Shown: piece after piece, positions 26,641-38,805 of the stretch | Layout: each line of letters begins with the position of its first letter | Numbering within the stretch: the stretch's first letter is position 1 | NCBI GenBank assembly: GCA_951804945.1 | Contig: OX638149.1 | Location: forward strand, 59,830,001 to 59,894,000 | DNA from: Podarcis cretensis | Taxonomy: Eukaryota | Reading direction: 5' to 3' | DNA length: 64,000 bases | Made by a program: the position numbers and the translations under genes | The notes under the pieces: model-generated | Told to the model about the DNA's origin: nothing | Databases searched by the model: none | Seen by the model: the letters and a program-made list of their open reading frames with translations, nothing else

Positions 26641-28919
26641 ATAATAATATTAAATAAAGGCTGTAAATCCTAGTTATTAGAGATGCTTGAACTCTTTGTT
26701 GTTAATGTTGCCTCTTGATTCAGCCCCTTCATTGTTAATGGCTAGTCTAACAACCCATCTTAACCTCTTTGAATGTATTCATGATTCATAAGTATTTGAC
26801 AACAATGTCAGAATTTAAGTCCATTGATTGTTTATAAACTGTTTACTCAGTTTGTTATTTGTGTGATTGGCCACACATGCCAATCTCTCTGATTGGAAGG
26901 CTGAAGTTATTTGCTTAGGAAGACGTTGCAGCGAATAAAATGTTTCTGAGCAATAAGGATTTTTTTTTCAAGTTAGGAAACTGGATTCACCAATAAATGG
27001 CAAATGAACCATCAACATAAATAACAAACTATGCCAAAATATTATTTTATTTGTATATCAATGTTCACACATCAGCTGGGGGTGGGATAGGTTATATTTT
27101 TCAGATTATTTTATCAGGTCTACTATTTTCCATTTGGTTCTATTGTAAATGTTCAGACAAAGAGTTTTAAAATATGAAAAATGCCTGGCTTCATATGATC
27201 AATGATATCCAATAATAATAATATCCCTTCTTTAGAATGGGATGGCCAACTTCTGCATTATAAGCGGCCACTCAGTTCTCTAGATTCCGTTCCTGGAAGG
27301 GGAGTATATTTTGCTGTCCAATTGGACCTTCTCGCAACTAGTCAGAAGTTGTATTCAGCATGACCTAGGAAAAGCGGTTTCATAGTTATGGTGCATGTGT
27401 GCTGGATCATGATTTGGGCTGTTGCATTCAAAACCTGGAGATAGAATCATAGATTTGCACAGCTAACAACGTGAAAGGCTTCTCACACAACCTTTTACAA
27501 AAATAATTTCCTTTTTATATAAAATGTTATTACTAATTAAAATGTAGCAGGGAGTAAGGCAGATAAAATTATTTCCTGGGCCACATCTTGTTCGTGGGCC
27601 TCAGCTGGCCATCCCTGCTCTAGAGGTTCAGTTAGAATTTTGAAACAAACATTTGCTCACGTGGTTAAAAATATCCCTGTTTTATATGTGTACCCTAGCA
27701 GAGAATTTTGAAAAGTGGATTTTGTGGTCCTACACTATCTATCTGAGGGATATAGGAATCACTGGTTACAGCTGTCGCTGGGCTGGTGGAGCAAAGGTGG
27801 GAATTAAAGTGCAAAAGCAGCAGGTATTACATTTAAATTGTCTCGTGAAGTCCCTTTTCAAAGTATCCATGCAGTGGAAGATCCAAGGCTTGCTTGCCGC
27901 TCTGTCTCCACATCCATTTTCATAAGGAACTCATGCATATTATATACAAACAGTTTCATTCTCACTTTCCATAAACATGCAACTGGACAGTCTAAACAAA
28001 CACAAATAGGTGTGAATACTTTGAATGTGAATACGTTAATTAATAGATGGAGAAATTATTAGCACTCACAACGTAATTAATGTTGAAATTAAATATTCAG
28101 TTATATTGAATCATGAAATGTACAAGGCCCTTTAAATGAATATATGGTTGGATGGGTTCAGGATTTGGAGTGGTGAGAGAGACCATGGTTTTCTCTAGGA
28201 ACCACCCCCAACAACCCTCTCCCACTAAAATAAGATGGATGATCTCAAAGGATAAGAAATAATAAGGAACACTGTTACAAATCAGACACATATATACACC
28301 CGTGTCCCTCTGGTGCAAATACACAAATCCAAATTAAGTTCATAAGAGCAGCATGTGGTGTGTGTCAATGAGCAGGAGTGACACCTAACCAAATACAAAT
28401 TGATTTGGAGATTCTGCAAAGCAGGTGCAAATTACTTAGCACCAACCACACAGAGCAACCAGTTCACCAGGAATGATTAGTAGTAGTTACTCTTGTTTAC
28501 TAGGTAGACTTAGTGAGAATCATGCTGTTCACACACAAATCTTGCTTAAAATTGGGAAATGTACTTTGAATAAGTGATTATTATGATAATTTGAGAGGAC
28601 ATCTCAGATAAATATGAATGGGTAAATTGTCCCAGAGGCAGAAGGCTTACTTTATTTTCCCCCCCAACCTAGGACATTTTCTCATTCTTCATTAGCCTGC
28701 ATAATATATATAAATGCATAAAGTAACTGCTTAGTTAGGAAGTGCATGCAATATATAATCATTTTAAAGTGTTTGGGGATACATTTTCTTAAGAGTAGAT
28801 GTGAATTTAAATAACATACATGGACAAATGCCCTTATTTAATGCTTGACCTTTCTTTGTAAACTGCATTGTACACGTGTTATATAACTCTTTATAAAAGT
28901 ACTCAGGCAAGGAGTCAGC

Positions 28920-29292
28920 AAGGCAAGTGCAAGGGAAATATTTATCTTCAGACAAACAAAAGGCATCCTGGTGAACAATGCCATTGTGCATAATTACTTT
29001 CAGTTTAATATTAACAAAAAGGAAATGAATGCATACAGAAGACCTAAGAGACATTGTTCACAGGATAAATTTGATTGACTGCCACACAGATTTTGTGGCA
29101 ATAATTCTGGAAGGAGTTTAGGGGTGAGATGAAACGCCGGACAAAAGAGAAGATAGCAAGCAGTGCTTCAAAAGTTGCCACACAAGCCAGTGGTGGAGCA
29201 CATCTGACACCACAGGAAGCTCAGGTCGCTTGGAAAGTTGACTCAAAGTTCATCACAGAGATTTCTGACTGTGACATCACTACAATGCATAG
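28920..29292 (+). pseudogene. Disrupted Myb/SANT-like (trihelix) exon of Harbinger fossil 2
   Basis: Frameshifted ...LVNNAIVHNY...LRDIVHRINL...WKEFRGEMKRRTKEKIA...SGGAHLTPQEAQV..., resembling the Harbinger Myb-like consensus W.D(L/M)KRRTKEK...TGGG..LTP.E; ends at ag|gtgagc donor. Confidence 0.65.
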
Positions 29293-29590
29293 GTGAGCTT
29301 TTTGCTAGGTTCACAGACATTTACTGTCACAATCACAATAAGGTGTATTGAAAGATGTTCTTTGGGATCCAGTACAGTTGTATGTGTTATGGGTGCAGCA
29401 CCGTGTGCATTTTATGAAGTGCCACCTGCACTTTTCAGTCTCTAAATTTTAGTCTGCCCAACTATTTGCCCAAACACAAACACTCTGGTTTCCCAACTGG
29501 CTTCTTTCTGTGTGTTGTCCGATGTATGTAGATTCCTCCATCTGCCTGGCCTCAGATACAGTGGTTGTTGCTCCTCTATTTGATTGCCAG

Positions 29591-30447
29591 ATGTCACTGG
29601 GCAGCAAGATGGGGAGGTTCCTGGATCTTCTGGACAGCCCAGGCACCAGAGAGGAAGTTCACCATCCACACCTGCAGAAGAGCAAGAATCTTCAGTGCCA
29701 GCTTCTGATGAAGATTCACCAGCCAGAACTACAGAGAGTTGGCCATGGCCATTGTCATCATCTGAAACACACAGCAACCTGGGGGAAGATTTTGAGGGAT
29801 TTCCAACACCAGAGCGGACTCCGCGGTGTACAATGGACATACAATCTCCTGGGGATCAGTCTCTCAGTAGGACTCCCCAATATGAGAGTGACTCTCCTGT
29901 GGAGGGAAATGATGAAATGAACGAAGAGCACCATGGTGTTCAGCCTGTCCCTAGGGATCGGGGTTGGAGAGGGCAAACTCAGCTGACAGAGGGAGAGAGG
30001 TTATTAATGGAAACCAATAGTAGGATTGTACAGCTGCTGGAAAATATCAAGAGGGAGCATGCACAGTCTATGGGTCTCATGTCCCAGTCCATGGGCCGGA
30101 TGGAGCTGCAGCTAGGCATTGTGGCTACATCCACAAGAGCCATCCATAACTACCTGTCTGAGATTTTAGCTTTCCTCAAACAACCAAGGACACAGGTCCT
30201 TGAAACACGTATCTCCCAAAGAGCCACCCCTCATGTTGAGTTAACGAGTGCCTCAACGTGGACTGGTGAGGATGCAGTGGCAATGCCCACTGGATACTTA
30301 CCAAGGGATGAAGGGATTAATGACTCTCAAGAAACACTGCAAGCCACACTGCCTCGTCGCAGTGGCCGAATGCAGAGAGCCATAACAGAAAGGGCCTCGT
30401 TGCCCATGCCCATGCGCCAAGCAAAGGGGGGAGGGAAGAAAAAATAA
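29591..30447 (+). CDS. Intact 285-codon terminal exon of a Harbinger Myb-like gene; candidate alternative last exon of SHANK2
   Basis: Stop-free frame (ORF 29584-30447); ttgccag| acceptor in phase 1; acidic S/P-rich region, heptad-like helix and basic C-terminus RRSGR...KGGGKKK; lies between a Myb-like exon and a convergent transposase. Confidence 0.6.
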
Positions 30448-30899
30448 TTTATCACACTAGTGATAGTATTTTTAAGGGTTTTTTTTAATGTGCCTGTCCT
30501 TTTAATTCTTAGCCATAAGGCCATGAGTGGCAGAACTTGACCATTTTTACATTTGGCTAACATTGTATTCTGGCTGACTAGATTAATCTTACATTTTGTA
30601 GTTTATATTTGCATTGTTAACAATGTGTGCTACTGGTATTTGAAGAACATTTGCTTCTGTTCTTTCACTTCAGCTTCATGAGAGCATTTTTTTACACTGT
30701 GCCAGACATTCATTGCTTTTCTTACAAATACAAATCATTTCTGGACACAGTTGTTTTTTGAGTTTTCTTTTTCCATTATCCCCCCTTCCCCCTTTCCCTC
30801 TGAGCAAGCATTCTGGAGTTTTTGGTAAGTATGTGGGTCTTGGCAATATTCGCCTCAGAAATTGTGTTCGATCAGTCTTTGCCTGGTGTTTCTGGCATG

Positions 30900-31900
30900 C
30901 TGGCCTGAGGTGTTGGGATTAGCCTGTAAGTGCCTTTTTTGATAATAATCTTATCCTCTGTGGGTCTGACCAGATTAATCTCTTGCCTATTTTGTGGAAA
31001 TTACATATCTTGGCTGGGTTGTGTAATAAGCAACATGCCAGGACTATATTGCAGCATTTGTGACTTGTACAAAAACTGTGCCAGCAAACCTATCTAGGCA
31101 CATGAACTACACTTTCAAAAGCTCCTTCCTTGTTGAACTGATGGTTTGGCGAGCAACATTGTTATCCCATGGGGAGATTTAGAAACAGAGGAAAATAGCA
31201 ATGCATTTATTATATGTGAATCACATAAAGAAATATCATAGGAGAAACTATCCCTAATACTATCACAGACACTTACAGATCAAAGCAATCACCTTCCTTG
31301 TAGCCAGACCTTCTCAGAATTTAAGAGTCATAACACGCTGTTGCGTTCTGTGCCACAATGTCTAAATAACAGCTTTGCATTGCAGATGATATGAAAATCT
31401 CTCCTCTTCCTTTAGGCCACCTCATTTACTGATGCTAAGAGTGGTCCTAGCACACTAGGCAGATAACTAATGCACATGGGTTGGAGAGCATTTTTATTAC
31501 TGTTGGGTCTGCCTCTGTGAGGGTTGGTTAAAAAGCGGGACACAAAAGCATCTAGATGCATCTAAGGAATACAGAGTGGCTTCTGAGTGGTACTCAAGAT
31601 CATCCTGTTTTCACCACCAAACTGGGTTGTGTGGTCGCCACCACTGTTACAGGCACAGTGTAGGGCCTGCTTCACTTTCCAGTTTCACTTTGGAGCTAAA
31701 TTCCCTAAAGAGCATATTTGTGAGAGCATATTTATCAAGCCCATATCTAAATCCAAGTTTGTGGCTGTATCTAAACAGGCTGTGGGCCATCTCTTCCACC
31801 TACTCTTGTTTCAGACGGAAGAAAACCTGAGAGCAAGAAGCATTTTGCTGCAGTACAAACCAGCCATAATATGCTTCTTAGTGAAATATTTGCTTGTGGC
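30900..31900 (-). pseudogene. Degenerate PIF/Harbinger (HARBI1-like DDE) transposase, fossil 2
   Basis: Minus strand: FRYGLDK (~31740); RK..DFHIICNAKLL-LDIVAQ...YDS*ILRRS then a gtaagt donor at 31276-31271; LLKV*FMCLDRFAG (31121-31080); CCNIVLACCLLHNP (31056-31016). Matches HARBI1-family GLLK.RFRCLD..G...C.I..ACC.LHN. Several stops and frameshifts. Confidence 0.8.
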
Positions 31901-32139
31901 TGCTTTTTGCTAAGTGACTGGGCTAATGGTGAAATGCAGCTAGTGTGGGCTAACCCCTCATGCAGGCACAACGTACGGTTCAGGTATCTGTCCTGAGAGA
32001 TGAGCTGTCATGGGTGTGCTGTCTTGACCATAAACTCTAAATGCACCCGGTCTGTCAGGGATGACCTTTCACACCTGCATACCACTTGTGCCCCATCTGT
32101 GCCTGTTTTATTTCTTGTTTGTTTGTTAAACATAATATA

Positions 32140-32299
32140 CCGTATTTTTCCGTCTACAAGACGCCTCCATGTATAAGACTATTTTGGGGGACTCAGATTT
32201 AAGAAAATGGGGGGAGATGGCCCCATGTATAAGACGCCCCCTCATTTTTGACATTATTTTTTAGGAAAAAAACCTAGTCTTATACACGGAAAAATATGG
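32140..32299. mobile_element. Tc1/mariner-type MITE
   Basis: TIRs CCGTATTTTTCCGT... / ...ACGGAAAAATATGG flanked by TA on both sides. Confidence 0.8.
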
Positions 32300-32984
32300 T
32301 ATATATAGATGCCTTTATAAATAAATACATTTCAAATTGAAGCATGTAAGAATCATGATGCAAGAATACACATTCTTACAAAATTACATTAAAAAACAAC
32401 AACCAAGGGGAAGTGTCACAAGCAAGTATGAAACGCAAGTCCAGTCCAATGGATTTTGTTAAGGTTCCAATGTAGCTTTCAAAGTCCTAAACAAAAACAA
32501 GCTGCAGAACTCTTTGAAAATTAGCCTTTTATTAATATGTTTGAAAAGCGAAATACATGGAGTTCCACAAACATCCTGAGATCATCCTAGATCTACAATA
32601 TAATGAAGATGTGTTTATTTGCATTATGTCACTCTAAAAGTGTGATGGAATTGGGGAGGGGGGTATTCAGAATTTGACAAATATACTACAGTTCAAACAT
32701 AACCATTGTTGGAAAGTCCAGATTTCCTCCCTAAATTTAATACATTTAATTCATTGGGTTATACTGCATCCCAACTTCAGTATGCGATTAAAACAAAATC
32801 AGCACAAAATTCATTCTTTGCAGTAATATACAAAGCGCCCTCCCCATTCCAACTTGTTTCAGCTATCTGTGATTAGAAAGGGTTGCAATACCTGCCATTT
32901 GAGTGGAAAAAGCTGTAGGGCAAGGAAAAATGAGCTGACAATAATAAGATCAACAAAAGATAGAGTTTCCCACTAACCTAATGT

Positions 32985-33670
32985 GTGGTGGCAATATCAG
33001 ATTTTGTTAGTGAATACCTGCAAACTGATATTGTAGTCAGATCTAGTGCTTGGATCAGACTTCCAATACTGTCTTGCAAAATAATGGAGGTATGCATGGT
33101 TTTTATCATTTTCAAAGTGAATATACCCATGCTTTTTTCTTGTATCTGTCAAAGCCTATTCATTATTTCCCTGTAGTTCTCATTGTCTGGCTAGAAATAT
33201 GGCTACGTGTGTCTTTTCAGTTACAAAAGTTATGAGTCTTTATGTGGAATATTACATTACTTGCAGACATTGAGTAACAAATACTTCCCATTTTCAAAAT
33301 CTTTCACTGTTGATCACAAAAGGTTTGTGGCATCATTTACAGGACTAGAGAGGAGAGAGGCATAACACAAAATCTTCCCTCTTGGTGGTGGATATACCAG
33401 CATACCCAAATGTCAAAGATGAAACCTGTAAGGTTTATGTTTTACTGCAAATTGGAAAGGTTTAGTCATAGTTTGAAAGACAGAATTCAGATTTCTGCTA
33501 AATTGAGTATAAATCTTTCACATCACATTTGAATCTTTTAAAAAGCAGCCAAAAAAAATAGAATACTGAAAGATATTGATATTTACAAATAATCTATAGC
33601 ATTGTCCAGTTCCATGATGTTGGCAGTAGATCTTGAGCCTTCTCAGTGACTTAAGAATCTGCTTTTCTAT
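32985..33670 (+). pseudogene. Degenerate PIF/Harbinger transposase remnant (fossil 3)
   Basis: Colinear motifs VAI....YLQTD..VRS....CKIMEVC (32985-33098), VDHKRF..FTG (33305-33343), HNT-KIF, LLVVDIPAYP, MKP (~33420), N..LSS.M...AF..LK, compared with family consensus VAIALW.LAT...RS...C.IV.EVC / VDH.GRF...GWPG..HDARIF / LLGD.AYP..WLMKP / LSR.R..VE.AFG.LK. Confidence 0.6.
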
Positions 33671-34799
33671 GACAATTTTCTTCACAGGTAGAGAAGTTTA
33701 CTGTGATTCCTATAAACACCATTGCCCTGATCCAGCTATCCCTTGTGGGCACAAGGGCTCTGATCTCACCCAGCCACAGGATCTTCTCCATTCACTTCAG
33801 TGGTCGAGGCATCTCTGGTATCACATGCATAGAGATATGCACATAGATCTTTTCCATCCACTGCTGTGATTTGAGAAACCCACACATGCAGGGGCTCCTT
33901 GTGCACATTGCAGCACACATGGGGCTCTGGTTCAGGAAGCATCTCTGCATTTAACTAGATGTGCTACATTAAAATCCATTTTCCTTTTCCCATATACCAT
34001 TCTAAACCACACTCTTAAGAGACGAATATGCTCTACATATCTAATTACAATCTCTAATTTCAACACTCTGCATGGGTGGAATTGTCTGTAGAAAATTATT
34101 GAGGTGACTGTATTGAGTTGGTAACTAATGGGCTAGTTTCTCTTTCTTCCTAAAGCAGTTTGCAATGCAGGTATTTTGTATTTAATTCTAGAAAAATCAG
34201 TTGGGAAGTATGATGCCTTTAAGACTTCAGTTGTCGGACATGATGAAAAAAAGAACTTGGTGGAGTCTCTTCCAGTTGTTACATAACTTTTTATGTATGC
34301 ATATATGCTGAGTATCCAGGGCCCTGTGGTTAGGATGAATATTTTGCTAACTTTGCTTTGATAATCTAAATGTTAAAAAAACACCACTGCATATATATAA
34401 TCTGACTGCATTCTCTGAACATTGATACTGAAGGTGTGGCAAAGAAAGAATATAGGGCTATTTTTTATAGTATAAGGTTGGCTCTTATTCCAAGTGTGGA
34501 GGATGAATTGATGTGTGATCTTAGATCAGTAAAATGACTCAGTTTCAACATAAATACAAGGGGATGATACCCATTGTATAATGCTATAATCCAGTTGTTG
34601 CCTAACTCTAGATTTGAACATTCCTCTTGCATCTTAAAAGGAAATCACTTGTATCGATTGCTTCTATTTTGGTTTGTGTTTGTAATTTGTCGCATTCTGC
34701 ATTGTGCCTATTGGATCCAAATTTCCCTGTGCTACAAAGGGTAGAGATAAATTTTGTGTGGTTGGCCTCTATAGCTCACTTAAAACTGAGGGCTGATTT

Positions 34800-35070
34800 T
34801 CTTCATAACCTTGTCTGTGACGGCCTGCTTTTATTTATCCAGCTCAGATTAGTTTTCCTACCTTTTATCCATAGTGAAGTGGTCATACTATGACTTTGAG
34901 ATCACAGTTTGATGGCCATCACTCAAACATACTCTTTGAACATTTGTGGCAAACAGTAACACCATCTGAGTTTGCGGTCAAAATGTTTCATGATTACTTC
35001 CTCATAGGCAAATGCAGGAAAATAGTACTCCAGAGTTTAGAAAGTGGTTTGCTACTAACAACGTGGCCAT
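34800..35070 (-). pseudogene. Degenerate trihelix Myb-like exon, putative partner of fossil 3
   Basis: Minus strand MFE*-MAIKL*SQSHSMT (34930-34881) then IK.RK.NL, resembling FEEIA.KL...GH.RT..Q.R.K.KNL; convergent to the transposase. Confidence 0.35.
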
Positions 35071-35710
35071 GAGAATTAGCCCTGAGATATTAATTGCCAG
35101 GCTTATAGCAAAGTTTCTAATGAAGATTTGAAACTTGACTCATTGGACCTAAGTATGATTCATTTAACATTTAGAAGTCCATAGAAAATTAAGTATTTGC
35201 ATATTTAAGAGACTTTAAAAAGTGCTGTTATAGCAGTGCCAAATCGTTTTGTCTAATAGCCTGACATCAGGAATAGGTTACAAAGTAATAGCATAAAGAG
35301 CACTTAAAAATACCTATTATTGTCTAAAATTTCATTAGCATTCTAGTGATTACTGTGTGGAATAGTGCTCTAGAGGTGTAAAATTTCTAAAGGTTTTCTT
35401 TCCATTTCTATATAGATATTTTCCCTTCACATTTTGAAGGTTTGAAGAAGAGGATTGTTTTTCGAGTCACACTAAGTAAACATTAAATGCATGCAGGCTT
35501 AAAACTAAAGCATGCATGTTACGCAGCAGCAATAAAAGTGCTCGGCTTGCACGACTTACGATGCTGAAGCATTGCCTTGTTAAATTGCCAAAATCCCCTT
35601 TTTATTTGCATCTTTAAAAAAAGTTAAACTCTTAATTTCACATTGCATTATTTAGATTTTCAGTCTTTGGACAAATTAGATTTATTTTAGCAAATATTTC
35701 TGTGTTACAG

Positions 35711-35841
35711 ATAAAGTTGATGAAATAGTACCAGTTTCCAAGCCATCAAGAATTCCAGACAATGCAGCCGTGGACTCAAGAGTGGCAACAATTAAACAAC
35801 GACCTTCCAGCAGATGCTTTCCCTCGGCTACAGATATGAAT
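35711..35841 (+). CDS. SHANK2: SHANK2 exon (DKVDEIVPVSKPSR...TIKQRPSSRCFPSATDMN)
   Basis: ttacag| acceptor, |gtgagt donor, 131 nt, phase 1 to 0; homologous to SHANK2 DKPEEIVPASKPSR...RVATIKQRPSSRCFP. Confidence 0.96.
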
Positions 35842-36332
35842 GTGAGTAAATGTACTTAAGAGTTCTGATATTTTGACTAAATTAAGATCTTTCCAGATTC
35901 CTAATAGTAGAGGATAATCCTCCAAGCTTTCCTTTTCTTTTTGCACACTTATCCTTAATTCTTCTGACTTGTGCCCATGATCACCTTCTGGAATGACACT
36001 CCTCACTGTAACGGCTTAAGATTTATTTCCTAGGAAAATTTACTTGGAAGTTAGTCCCATTGAAGTAAATGAGAGGAACCTCTATAAGTGTGATATATTC
36101 ATGTTCTGTAAAATTACACCTTTGTTATACCATATTCTTGAAATGGATCCATAGCAATGGTATATTCAAATGCCCTTTTAATGGCTAACTTCCAAAGTTT
36201 GAAATCAACATCAAAACCTTCCTCATGATTTATTGTAATGGTGCAATGGGACTGTATCTAGATATGAAATAGATCTAAATATTGAATCAGATCTTGTCCA
36301 AGAATCACACATAATGAACTTAAATGGCTTCC

Positions 36333-36388
36333 TAACCCCAGAGTCGTCTGCGACTGGACCTAACGGTCAGGGATCCCTTTACCTTTTT
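36333..36388 (+). mobile_element. Short 3' tail fragment of a Sauria SINE / BovB-type element
   Basis: aaccccagagtcgtctgcgactggacctaacggtcagggatccctttaccttt resembles the SINE 3' end seen at 6880-6934. Confidence 0.7.
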
Positions 36389-37794
36389 TACAGTGCAGTA
36401 TGGTGTGTTTCTTTTCCTTCCCATCAGAAATGTTGCTCAAGAAATGTGTTCTGTCCAGAATGACAAATTTGCCACCTATTTCACAAATACTATCATTCAT
36501 AGAATTTGATATGACTTTAGAAGCTCTTAGTTCAAATACCACAACTAGTGTAGAAGGCTCTGCTTTCTACAAGTTGTGTGCATCCGCTACTCTTGATTCC
36601 CCACCTACTGAGGCAGAAAGAATTAAGGGAGAAACTGACCTGCTGTTAGTTGGATTGCTGTGTGTTCTGGTTGGTGATGGACAGCATACAGGAAGTAATG
36701 ACCTCAGTTAGATGGAATAATAAATATTCTCCTCCACAGGGAAGGCATGCCAAAGAAATATGAAACTTCTGATTGTCTTGCTCGGCTCTGGCTTTGATAC
36801 TTCTAGCTAGTCTAAAGTTTTCCCTTTTCCAGTAAGCTTTTGGGATAGCAGTTTATTTCACTGTATAAAGATACTGTTTCTGAACTGTATCTCCTTCAAT
36901 CACAGTTTGCAGGGCAAAAGATGGCATTGAATCCTGTGGCTCCTAGTAACACTTCAGGAACTTCTGATTCTGTGCTTTTCAGGTGCTTGAGGCAGATGTT
37001 TAGCTTTTCCCAGAAAGTAAAGTGCCAGAGGACAGAAGCATAATCTCTTGAGAATATTTTTGAAGAATTGAGACTGTCCACCGGTCCACCTCAACTTTTC
37101 TTCCCCTACCCATTGTTTTTTTAAAAAATCTTTTTAATTTTAATTTTCTTTAGAAAAGTTATACCCCAGTCTTCAGCCCAAGAGGCTCCTGGAGTGGCTT
37201 GCATACAATCAAGATAGTCCCTGTCTGTCAGCTTACAATAAAAAAGAAACAGCACAGAAGGAAAAGTGTCAGGGGATGAAGGGTGGGGAAACTCAGAGGC
37301 CAATTCTTAAAGTTTAAATAGTAGTTATTATCATGACAAGGCGGAATGGAATCAGTTTAGGGACAGGCGGTGTCTGATAGAGCTGGCCTTTCAGTAAAGC
37401 TATGGAATGAACCCCACTTCTTATCTCTCTCACTGTTCATTTGCAAAATAATCATTTTCACTTTTATTCTCTATGCACTACTTATGCCTTATAAAATTAT
37501 TTATGTTATTCAGTGGTCTTGTTCCTTCTTGCGTAAAATTCCAGCTGTTTAGCATCTACTTCCTCTATGAAGCATTTTTTACTTTTTGGGGGGGGAGTTG
37601 GGGAGTGGAGACGGGCTTTCTTCAGATGTGCTGTATTCTTCTTTCAGGAGGAAAATAGATTATGATACATCTGCTGCTTTTATTTGTGTATTTTGTTTTG
37701 TTTTTAAAGAAAAGAATTGAGTCTAGGTTCTGGACTGGAGGACAGTCCCAAATTCATCATTAAAATGAAAAAAAATGTGAATTTTTGAGTAAAG

Positions 37795-37797
<3 letters not shown>

Positions 37798-37865
<68 letters not shown>
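37798..37865. repeat. Compound (TG)n(GA)n microsatellite
   Basis: Visible run. Confidence 0.95.
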
Positions 37866-37869
<4 letters not shown>

Positions 37870-38118
37870 GGAGACAGGTTGCATTTTAAATTGAAAAGTG
37901 CTTGAAAATTCAGGAGTGTGAGCCACTGCAGTGGAAACAAAAGAAATATCTAGCTATGTGCATAGTTTTCTCACATACTTGCACATAAATTTGGTCTTAC
38001 AAATTGCCTGTTAACTGCTAGTTAGCTGTTGGTATGCTGCATTCAACACTTTTCTGAAGGTATCTGTAGTATTGTATGTGACCATGGCTCATGTTTTGTC
38101 TCACTCCAAATAACAATA

Positions 38119-38345
38119 CAGTGGAACCTTGGGTTACGTACCGTCCTCCTTACGAACACTTTGGGTAATGAGCTCCGGTAACCCGGAGGTAGGTGCTCCT
38201 GGTAGCAAACTTTGCCCTGGGATGCGAGTGGAAGCCACGCAGCGGCAGGCCCCATTAGCGAAAGTGCACCTCAGGATAAGAACAGTTTTGGGTTAAGAAC
38301 AGACCTCCGGAACAAATTAAGTTCATAACCGGAGGTACACCACTA
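38119..38345. mobile_element. Tc1/mariner (Tigger-like) MITE
   Basis: TA|CAGTGGAACCTTGGGTTA ... TAACCGGAGGTACACCACT imperfect TIRs. Confidence 0.65.
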
Positions 38346-38374
38346 CAGCCCCAAACATAAGACCCAATCACATA

Positions 38375-38619
38375 CAGTAGACGCTCAGGTTACAAATGTG
38401 ATGCGTGCAGGAAGCACATTCGCAACCCGCAGCACCATGTCTGTGCACACACAAGTTGCGATTCAGCACTTCTGCGCATGCGCAAAGCATGATTTAGCAC
38501 TTATGGGCATTTGCAAGTGCCGAAACCCGGAAGTAACCCATTCCGGTACTTCTGGGTTCGGCGCAATGTGCAACCTGAAATCGCGCAACCCAAAGCGTCT
38601 GTAACCCGAGGTATGACTG
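38375..38619. mobile_element. Tc1/mariner (Tigger-like) palindromic MITE
   Basis: TA|CAGTAGACGCTCAGGTTACA ... TGTAACCCGAGGTATGACTG|TA; internal inverted repeats. Confidence 0.75.
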
Positions 38620-38626
38620 TATAAAA

Positions 38627-38805
38627 AACAGTATGGTGTAGTGGTTAAGATCGGTGGACTCGTAATCTGGTGAACCAGGTTCGTGTCTCCGCTCCTCCAC
38701 ATGCAGATGCTGGGTGACCTTGGACTAGTCACACTTCTCTGAAGTCTCTCAGCCCCACTCACTTCACAGTGTTTGTTGTGGGGGAGAAAGGGAAAGAAGA
38801 TTGAG
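38627..38805 (+). mobile_element. tRNA-derived SINE (Squam3/MIR-like)
   Basis: A box TGGTGTAGTGGTTAAG, B box GGTTCG, followed by the ctgggtgaccttggactagtcac core. Confidence 0.75.

Noticed and set aside
29129-29590. Intact stand-alone Myb-like gene made by splicing the MKRRTKEK exon to the 285-codon exon
   Set aside because: Donor 29292 is phase 2 and acceptor 29590 is phase 1. The alternative acceptor at 29555 restores frame but meets TGA at 29581, and the N-terminal Myb helices are frameshifted. No evidence for readthrough or a SECIS element.
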